Assembly: GCF_006345805.1 (NCBI RefSeq)
Contig: NC_043001.1
Span: forward strand, 131,502,001-131,566,000
DNA from: Octopus sinensis
Taxonomy: Eukaryota
DNA: 64,000 bases
Direction: 5' to 3'
The translations under genes were made by a program, and so were the position numbers. Under the pieces are notes generated by a model. The model made no database searches and was not told the origin of the DNA. It saw nothing but the letters and a program-made list of their open reading frames with translations. Of this stretch, positions 53,871-64,000 are shown piece by piece (position 1 is the first letter of the stretch; each line of letters starts with the position of its first letter).

Positions 53871-54852
53871 TATCCAGTTCTGACTTGCTCTTCCTTTTCC
53901 CTACTGTTTCACTTATCCTCTTCCTTTTCTCTCCACCCCTCTCTCTATATTTCTCTGCCTGATTTCCCTTAAGTTGAAGCATTCAATTAAGTGTGCTGTG
54001 GTGGTGTATGGGATCAGTATTCAACTCAGTGTGCTGCACTTAACTTACATTTTAACTACCACTATCTACTTACAGTTCCTATTAAAGAATTCACCATGAC
54101 TTTTCTCATTTTCTTCATTAGCAATACTGGAGTATTTTGTTATTTTGTTACTTTCTATTTAGTATTTGTTTTTGTAAGAAGGGTTTTGTTTATTTGTATA
54201 ATTATATATTTATTCGTTTATTTGATTTTTTGTTAAAAAACATCCCCTACACCTTTTTACTTAAATTTTACTTGATTCTGAATTCTCAAGTTTGTACCAC
54301 ACAACATCCACTCATTCTTTGCTTTTACATATTTTTGTTGCTGTTGTTGATTTTCTTTTTCTTCTTCTTCTTCTTCTTCTCATCATCATCATCATTTAAA
54401 AATGACATTTTAAATATAATGCAAAAAAAAAAAAAAGAAAAAGAAAGAAATTCTAAGAACTCTGCTAAATATTAATGATAATTTCTAACATCATAAACTA
54501 CAGCAGAAAGAACAATTTATAGCAAAGTCCAAAAATAAAAATCATTCAAATTCATTGAATAAAATAAAATTATATCAGTATTAGTACTAATAGTAGTAAT
54601 TGTGGTGGTGATTGTGGTAATAAGTTGTTTTTTAACCAAGGTTTTTAACCCTACAACACAGTACAAGTGTAGGATGTTTCTTAGGTATCTTATGTTGACA
54701 TTCCTTTGTTTCACTTTCATTTTTCTTTATGCTTCTAAAGTTTAATAATGATCATTGTTAAACCACAGAAATAACAGCAAAAATACTAAATCATATACCC
54801 ACAACTAGCTACATAAATACATATATCTGTGTATGTGTGTGTGTGTAAAGAT

Positions 54853-54885
<33 letters not shown>

Positions 54886-55215
54886 TCAGGTATGGCATTC
54901 AAAGCTTTATTAATAACAGATATGTGTGTGCGCGTGCGTGTGTATTTACATATATATTTACATAAATGATGGAGGTATGTTGGATTGTTGGTATGGCTGT
55001 TTTTGTAAATGTGGAATAGTATTATAACACATCCTTTTGATATATACATGTATATATACACACACATGCTCAAGAGTACACCTTTCAATCATATGGTTTT
55101 AGTTTCTCTGTGTGTATGTATACATTATCACTATTTTCATCATCATCTTTTAATGTCTATGTTACATGCTGGCATGGGTGAGATGGTGTATAATGAAGAA
55201 CAAGTATTAAGTGGA

Positions 55216-55294
<79 letters not shown>

Positions 55295-55324
55295 GTATGT
55301 ATATAGTTCATCTTTATTTTTTGC

Positions 55325-55785
<461 letters not shown>

Positions 55786-56924
55786 CTATACATATATAAA
55801 GTAGGTATTATGAATGCAAAGTATCTATCTCTCCAGCAAATTAAGTGGTGGACAGTTTTAATGCTGTTAGCTACTTAGAATTAGTAAAATCTTACACAAG
55901 CACAAACATATATAAACACATTCACATATATGTATGATAGGTACAGATGTGCGTGCGTGTGTGTGTGTGTATGCATATGCTTAAAAGTATATGTATCCGA
56001 GCAAATGTGTTTTATGGCTTAATGCCATAAAATACATTTACACACAAACTCACTTGTGCAGCTAAGGCACTAATCGCTAAACTAGATAACAGCCAGAAAC
56101 TTTATTAACTCTGCTGGGATGCATGACAAAATAACCAGTGTTGGCTACCAACCATCTGCGCCATCTCCTGAGCTATGGCTTGTATAATAAAAGAAGGTTT
56201 TTACTAGTGATTAAATCTTCCTGTTTTATCAAGGCGAGCAAGCTGAACAGCAACATTTTAAAGATAGCTGAATACTTCTTTTTTTTTTTTTTTGTCACAT
56301 TTTTTTTGTTTCATTCACTTGATATTGGTGGGGTGGATTTAAAAAAAAATAATGAAAGTAAGGTAAAAGTAGGATTTAGGACTTCGAAAATTATTATTTT
56401 CAAATTCTAAAATGCTATCTCTAAATGTTCAAGTATATCCTGAAATGAAAGGTGGAGCTGGTGAAAGTGGTAGTGGTAGGAGTACTATTGGGCATAGCAG
56501 ATAGGCTGCCATAAAATATAGTTTAGTCTTACTTTAAGTTTTGTGTTTTTTTTAACATTTTTTTTTTGGTTTTTCTTTAAATTAAATCTGTGATCTTTAT
56601 ATCAAATTTTATATTATTTGATATAATGGTTATAAATTTTTCAGACCCTTTTCTTATTATCTTTCTATTCCCTTATTTTTTTCTTTTCTTATTATATGTT
56701 TCTGTTTTATTATCATCATCATCATTACCACATCACCACACTTACTTTGATCAGAATACAGGATACTGATTACTGATAGCAATCAGCATCTGTCATCTAT
56801 GTTTCTACTACAGCATTGACTCCTGTAAGAATCCCAATGCTTTCCTAACTCTTCATCATTTGCTTGTACCTAAGAATAAAGCCTGCAAGTGTCCATCACA
56901 GATTTCTGACCATATGCCTTTTTT

Positions 56925-57085
56925 TATTTTATCCATTTTCATTTACATGTTTCAGTCATTTGACTGCAGCCATGCTGGAGCACCACCTTTAGTCGAACAA
57001 ATTGACCCCAGGACTTATTCATTGTAAGCTTAGTACTTATTCGATTAGTCTCTTTTGCCGAACTGCTAAGTTATGGGGATGTAAG
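56925..57085 (-). mobile_element. 3' part of SINE (same family)
   Basis: gtttcagtcatttgactgcagccatgctggagcaccacctttagtcgaacaaattgaccccaggacttattc. Confidence 0.8.
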
Positions 57086-57109
57086 TGCTATATGTAAGTT
57101 ATTAGAGAT

Positions 57110-58545
57110 GTGAGTGCTACACAAGATGACCAGAGTTGAAGAACATTATCTCTGAATGAATTGCACACAAGAGAAGTGAGGATTCTGCACCAATTAGGAG
57201 AACAGTGTCTCTGAATGATTCTTCACCAAGAAAATACATAGGTTTGTAAACTAAGATGATGGTAACCCATCTAAAAGAACAGTAACTCAGAATAAAAACT
57301 TCACAGAAGAAATGGCAGGTGACATGGTGAAATGTCACTGTAAATAGAACCAAAAAATTCAACAATAGACTAGAGAACATGGGAAGAATGTAGAAAATAA
57401 TGTTAGTTAAATGTATGTTACCAAAAAGAAACAGAAAGAACGGTTCTGTGATATCAGGGACACAAGATATAAAACAGTGTGTTTGTGTTAAATCAAGAAA
57501 TAGCTGGGGGTATATGGAATGATAATGGTACATGTGTTATGATGCAGAAACGAAAGGTGAGATTGCCAAATGAAGGGAATACCATTATGAAAGGTTGCTG
57601 AAGGAGGAGAATGCATCAAGAAAACCAAACAGGGACCAGCTGCTATTGAAATTGACAACTATATGGTCATATTTATAATTAAGAATATAAGGGCAGGTAA
57701 AGCAACTGGACACTCAGGAATAACCAGCAAGGTATTGAAAATCACCAAGGTAGTGATCATAGATTAGTCACATAGTCTACCTGGTAATATAGGTAGGGAG
57801 GCGCAATGGCCCAGTGGTTAGGGTAGCAGACTCGCGGTCGTAGGATCATGGTTTCGATTCCCAGACCGGGCGTTGTGAGTGTTTATTGAGCGAAAACACC
57901 TAAAGCTCCACGAGGCTCCGGCAGGGGATGGTGGTGATCCCTGCTGTACTCTTTCACCACAACTTTCTCTCACTCTTACTTCCTGTTTCTGTTGTACCTT
58001 GTATTTCAAAGGGCCGGCCTTGTCACTCTCTGTGTCACACTGAATATCCCAGAGAACTACGTTAAGGGTACACGTGTCTGTGGAGTGCTCAGCCACTTAC
58101 ATGTTAATTTCATGAGCAGGCTGTTCCATTGATCGGATCAACCAGAACCCTCGTCGTCGTAACCGACGGAGTGCTTCCATCCATCCAATATAGGTAGATG
58201 TGATACCAAATGAGTATTATTGCAGTATCATCGACTACTGCTACAAGGCAAAGGGACGCTCTGCAGAAGCACGGGATTGATGGATCAAGTTATGTAACAG
58301 GGGGCATTAAATGTAGTATGCAAGAGAGCAGTTTACACTGGTACTGATATGGTATGCATATGAAAGATGACAGTTGCATCATGTAGAAAATGAAGACTAA
58401 GGAAGACATGGGGAAAAGTAATGAAAGCTAAGACTAAAACTTCACAAAAGAGATATAAAAATAGATAAAACAACAACAAATGCTAGAGAAAACATGGCCA
58501 GCTCAAGCAAACATGAACAAACAGATGTAAAATGATGATGACAAT
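57110..58545 (+). mobile_element. Degenerate RTE-clade LINE remnant with internal deletion, interrupted by a SINE
   Basis: Peptide remnants YHYERLLKEENA, GPAAIEIDNYMV..IKNIRAGKATGHSGITSKVLKI, VIPNEYYCSIIDYCY(K)GKGDAL, then the C-terminal LHWY...DDSCI...RKTWGKV and tail gatgtaaaatgatgatga. The 5' boundary is approximate. Confidence 0.75.
57797..58186 (+). mobile_element. tRNA-derived SINE nested in the RTE remnant
   Basis: Box A tggcccagtgg, box B gtttcgattcc, (ccat)n tail; 11-bp TSD aatataggtag at 57786-57796 and 58187-58197. Confidence 0.9.
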
Positions 58546-59153
58546 GAGATTTTCTATGTATTACATTCAGAGAAACATAAAGAGAAATTTGTGGCATTTT
58601 GCACCATTAGATTACTTATTTATAGAGCAGGTTTCATGTCTATGTAAGAAACCATCATTACTCACCATTTTTCGTTTATGCTCTGTCCCTCTTCTTTCTC
58701 TGTCTTTCTGTATGCCTCTTTCTCTTTATTGTTCTCTATTTATTTCTTTGTTTAACTGCAGTTATTCTCTCATCCATTAATGATTGAATAATGTTAAAAT
58801 GTTAAAAGTTTGATAAAATGTCATTTTGCATGGTATAAAATATAAAATTTTTTTTTAAAGAAAACAATAAAAATAACATTAAGTAAAAAAAAACAACCCT
58901 GAAATACATACAGTCCATCAAAACCATCAAACATCATCTTTAATAGATTTTGATTTCAAATTTCTCTTTTTAAAAAAAAAATATTCTGAAAATTCATGAT
59001 AAATTCTAAAAAAAATATTGCATCGTTTCCCCTCCAAATAATAATTGTAAAAATACATTAAAAATTATACACGTGTGTTTGTGTGTTCAACATTCTTAAA
59101 AAGTAAAACTCATCTACATTGCTCAAGTAATAATAATGATGATGATGATGATG

Positions 59154-59207
<54 letters not shown>

Positions 59208-60027
59208 GATTAATAATCTCTCTCCTCACTTTTTCTTTCTTCAATGTGTTTGTGCATATTTATTTAACCATTTCCTCTTGCTTTTGTTTGTTCGAATTTT
59301 CTTTCTTTTGAAATAACAGTTTTCAAAAGAACAGCTGTTTAATTTCTAGACAGGTGTGCCTCTGGTGCTGATCTTGTCACCTATGTGTAGCTTTTACAAT
59401 CTCTTTTCTGCCTTCAAGTCTTACAGCATTAAAAAGCCAGCTGTATCATAATCTGTAACATGTAATCTATGAAACATTGAACAAAAAGGCAATCTCGACT
59501 GACTGATTGACTAACCAAATACTACTCTCATACTTCTTATACTATTGCTAACACTACTGCAACCCCAAAACTTACACACCACCACCACCATCCTGCTGCT
59601 AAATCTACTACTGTGCCTACCACTACTGTTACTGCACTTAGCTGCTGTATTTGTGCATTGGCTTTGCTATATTATTTACAGCTGCTTGACCATTCTATAG
59701 TTCTCTCAGGCATACTTTACTGCTGATAATGCAGTTTGGAACTCAGAATGACACAAGATCCAGCTTTGCTGGTTAATATGACCTGGAACACACTAAATAA
59801 TATATAAACAATAAGCATCATCTTTTGCTGATATTACTGCTCCCTTGTAATGAGCTTTTTATTTGAAAGCAATGTTTATTGTTCAGATACACCAGAAAGA
59901 AGAATAACAACAATAATGATAATAGGAATAATCATAGATAATAATAATAATAATAATGATGATGATGATAATAATAATAGACAATTGTCTGTTTACCTTT
60001 GTGAGGAGATATGGCAATCCTTTTAAA

Positions 60028-60068
<41 letters not shown>

Positions 60069-60117
60069 TAATAATAAAAATAATAATAATTAATTTTAAT
60101 AATAATAATAATAATTA

Positions 60118-60473
60118 TCATGAAAGAAAGAGAAAAAATTGATAAATATGGAGGCCTGAAAATTGAGATTGCCAAGACATGGAAGCTACAAGAGTCAAGC
60201 ATAAAGGTTGTCCTTGTTGTCATTGGAGCAGTGGGTTCAATACCACCCAACCTGAAAAAATATCTGGAAATGTTAGAAATACCCTACAGTCTAGGTGTAT
60301 TGCAAAAACTGGCATTACTTGGAACTGCACACATATTGTGTAAAGTACTGTCAGTCAAAGGTCCTTGTAACTTGACAGACAGTACAGACCCCCAGTAGAC
60401 AGAATATCTTCAGTCAACAACATCACAATATTGCATACAGTGCAACATCTTAAATAAAAATAATAATAATAAT
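60118..60473 (+). mobile_element. 5'-truncated R4/Dong-like non-LTR retrotransposon in a (TAA)n tract
   Basis: ORF 60120-60398 KEREKIDKYGGLKIEIAKTWKL...VVIGAVGSIP...LQKLALLGTAHILCKVL is the C-terminus typical of RLE-type elements; short 3' UTR; (TAA)n on both flanks. Confidence 0.85.
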
Positions 60474-60682
60474 GGTGATAATGATGATTGCAATGGTAGT
60501 CATTTGCCTTGTTTAGGTATGAAGAGAATGCAACTTAATCAATTGATTACGTCATATGTAAACAAACATAAGTTTGTTTTTGAAGCATTAAAATGTATTG
60601 TAGAACAAGTAGAAAGATAAATTCTCATGGCTGGTTGCCGGCAAATTGTTCTGCTCTTAAAAGGGTTTTATTCTTTATATAT

Positions 60683-60992
60683 CACCGTGATCACTGTGAC
60701 CAACCAGGCTATCAGATGTTGCAACACATCGCTGGTCACAATGCGCTTCACATTGTTTTAGCCTTTGAATGACGCCACCCCGCTGGCTAAGCGAGCAGGC
60801 CAACAGAAGAAAGAGTGAGAGAAAGTTGTGGCGAAAGAGTACAGCAGGGATCGCCATCCCCCCCTGCCGGAGCCTCGTGGAGCTTTAGGTGTTTTCGCTC
60901 AATAAACACTCACAACGCCCGGTCTGGGAATCAAAACCATGATCCTACGACCGCGAGTCCGCTGCCCTAACCACTGGGCCATTGCACCTCCC
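60683..60992 (-). mobile_element. tRNA-derived SINE with the same head as the 57797 copy but a different tail
   Basis: About 180 nt nearly identical (inverted) to 57797-57977; 10-bp TSD ctttatatat at 60673-60682 and 60993-61002. Confidence 0.9.
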
Positions 60993-61518
60993 CTTTATAT
61001 ATATACTGTTCAGAATTGATCCCAATGTCTAACTTGTATTTATATTTGAACTCTCTCCCCAAAAGTTAAATGGAGAAACATTGTAGTCCTGTAATTCAAT
61101 TGGTCAAAATGTTTGACACTTTTCAATAGAAATATTTTCTTTACATAGAATTTTTTTTTAAATGACAGAAATGCTCATGAGTATTTAATTTATACTTTTA
61201 TGATATAGGCTCAAATATTACTGAAATTGATTGCATATTTCATTCTTCCAAGATCAATAAAATAAGTGCCAGTCATATACTGATATCAATGAAATCAGCA
61301 ATACACTTTATTACAAGTTTGAAGTGAGCTAGTACTAATACAAACAAATTGTATTCTAAGTTCAAATTCTGAGGTCAATCTCGCCCCTCCTCCTTACAGG
61401 TTCAATTAAATAAACACCATTCAAATGCTGGATTCAATTTAATCAACTATATGCTTCCACCAATTTGGTGGCCTTGTGCCAGTGCAAGAAATTATTATTA
61501 TTATTATTATTATTATCA

Positions 61519-61598
<80 letters not shown>

Positions 61599-63556
61599 TA
61601 TTATTATTATTTATTCATATAAAACCTCGTATTGTATGATATGGTATTAATTAATGGTACCTTCAAAGAATCTGTACCACAAATGACTCACAACTATCTA
61701 TAATCAGAATTACATGTGAAAGGGGAAAAATAATCAAGCAAGAACAAAAACAAAGTTGCAAAATTTTTAAAAAGTAGAAATAAGAATTAATAAAAACACA
61801 TAGAAAATAAAAAGACGACTTACATGGCTTGGCCGCTTTCCAACAGCTCAAAGAATTGATTAAATCATCCAGAGCAAAACAGATAATAATGTCAGTCCTT
61901 TTAGGAATTCTTTCTAATTAGAGAAAGCATTACTTTATGCAGTAGATACTATTATTTCTCAGAGAATAGCCTTTTACTTTCTTTTATAGAGACCCTACTG
62001 ATGTATTAATCTTCTGATGTGTTTTTCTTTTTTTAATTTATTTCATTTATTATTTTTTTTTATCAATAATCATTATAGAATTGAAGAGTAAATTACCTGT
62101 AAATACTTAGCTAGTGTAAAGATAGTTTCTTTCTTTAACACTCCCAGAATTTTGAACATGTTAAAACACCATTATTAATTACATTCATAATAGCTTTACA
62201 TCATCTTAACCTTGGTTATCTTCGAATAAGAATTATATATTAGAACAGGATTATAATTTTGTATCTTAATTGAGACTCAAGAGATTTATGGTACATGTTG
62301 CATTAACAGGAATAAAGCATTGTAGTATTATTTGCCTTATTTACATGGATTATATATTCTTATTTTTCAAATAGAAATGTTGATTTATCTTCTATTGTTA
62401 GGAGTAATATTTTAAGTAGTATTAACCTCCTATTAAATTCTTTGTGGTTTTTCTGTATAGATCAGGATAATGAGCGAGAATTTAGCCTGTTAGGTTTTAA
62501 AAATAGTTTCAGTGCAACTGGATCACTTAAATTTGTTATTTGAAGATTCTAATTTCTTGGCATGTTTAGTTTAGAAAAGAATCTATTGGGGCATATTCTC
62601 AACTGAGACAGTCTGAATTTTAGGTGCAACTAATTATAATTGTTTTGTACACTGTTGCCAAAATAGTTGTCATTTTAAAGACTTGTGACTTGTATGCATG
62701 AATATCCATAGTTAAGCTTGTTAGATATTTGTAGTAAGTGGGTTGGGTATTTTTTTTTAAATCCTGAATGATATGCCTTTCAACATTTGTCTGTCCCATG
62801 GGTGTCAGATTAAAGAGACTTTATAATACATTCCTAATAATTTATGATTTTGAGTCATGAAAATTTGCATGTAATAATTTGATGGGCTTCACAGACAAGA
62901 TGACACAAGATTGAACAATATGGCAATATGGTGCTGCAGACTCACCCAAAATTTGTCAGTATGAACAAAACAAATGTTAATATTAAATTGCTAAGATTTC
63001 TTAAATACAAAATGTTCATTGTAAATTACGGTAAGGAAAATTTCGTTTCTAAGATTGCTTGCAAGGAATTTATTTTCTTCAAAAATTTTATAAGCCATGA
63101 TTTACCTATGAATTAACATCTTAGAATAAAATGAAAAGTGGTTGGAAGTAATTACTTTCTATTTTAAAAGTAATTTTGTTAAAACTTAAAATTTTGTTAA
63201 AAGTCCACTTATAGTCATTGTGTTTCCTTCTTTAGTTCATTCCTTTCTAAATTGCATAGATACTATTACAAAAGTTTTGGTTTCATCTGTATCTAAAATC
63301 TAAAAGGTGATAAAATATATGTAGGAACCAGACAGTTGTTAGTATCATTACATTTCTATAAAATAATATGAGGAGTGGGAGTTTTGCTCATAGAATCACA
63401 AGAGTCAGCATTTGTCCTTGTTTTTTACATTCTAAGTATAAGGCCTAGTATGGTCAAATACTTGGATAGATGGTATCCAATTACCACAATCCCTTCTATA
63501 TTACTGAACTTGTGTCTAAATCACAAACCATTATTATTATTATCATTATTATTGTT

Positions 63557-63760
63557 AAAGCAGTGAGTTGGCAAAATTGTAAGCATGCAAGGCAAAATGC
63601 TTTGCAGTATTTTATCTGTCTTTACATTTTGAGTTCTAATTCTGCTGAGGTCAACTTTGCTTCTGGAATTGATAAGTTTCACTTGAACTCTGGGGCCAGT
63701 ATAATTGACTTACTCTCCCACTCCACAAAATTGTTGGCCTTGTGCCAAAATTTGAAATAA
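63557..63760 (+). mobile_element. Old SINE related to the second family, (TTA)n tail
   Basis: aaagcagtgagttggcaaaattgtaagcatgc...gagttctaattctgctgaggtcaactttgc...ttggccttgtgccaaaatttgaaataattattatt. Confidence 0.7.
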
Positions 63761-64000
63761 TTATTATTATTGTCATGATTGTTTATTCTGGATGCATGCA
63801 TTTTCCCTTAGATGATATTTTCTTCCAGGAATACAAAATAAAAAATATTTTTGCAAATATCAATTTTACTTAATTTATTTGTGATTCAATGTGGCCATCT
63901 ATAGGGTAACAGGAGTAGGTACTAATCACAAAGGTGGTAGAAGCAATTACCCTGCCCAAGATTTGAAAATTTTGAAAGCACAAAAATGGGTTTAAAAAGA

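Noticed and set aside
57797-57875. tRNA-like sequences (also at 13339, 3420-3493 and 60915-60992)
   Set aside because: They have box A/B but no complete cloverleaf or acceptor stem, and continue into SINE bodies with TSDs; they are SINE heads, not tRNA genes.
59340-59470. E-box cluster (CAGCTG x2, CAGGTG) and possible acceptor ctagacag|gtgtg
   Set aside because: The phase-1 translation has no EKP linker and stops early; 6-mers at this density are not significant without conservation data.

Overview
AT-rich, microsatellite-dense eukaryotic DNA. The repeat families look like those of an octopus/coleoid cephalopod; this is inference from SINE sequence style, with no database check. There is one convincing coding exon: 21534-23015 (+), 1482 bp, phase 1 at both ends. 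It encodes a long Pro/Ser/Thr-rich disordered region and two C2H2 zinc fingers ending at the HTG|EKP linker. No other exon of this gene could be recognised, so most of the window is probably intron or intergenic DNA. The rest is transposon debris: many tRNA-derived SINEs (several with clear TSDs, with apparent head/tail module shuffling), a full-length but dead Tc1/mariner element with DD36E spacing, three piggyBac-like TTAA MITEs, a hAT MITE, an RTE-clade LINE remnant and two R4/Dong-like LINE 3' ends in (TAA)n tracts. The least explained items are short cassettes embedded in (TA)n arrays that carry hammerhead-ribozyme-like half motifs, a candidate 48-nt poison exon, an isolated 23-bp hairpin and a fold-back micro-insertion. 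No rRNA, true tRNA or CRISPR array was seen. Almost all ORF-track entries are microsatellite or shadow-frame artefacts. Boundaries of degenerate repeats are approximate and were read by eye.
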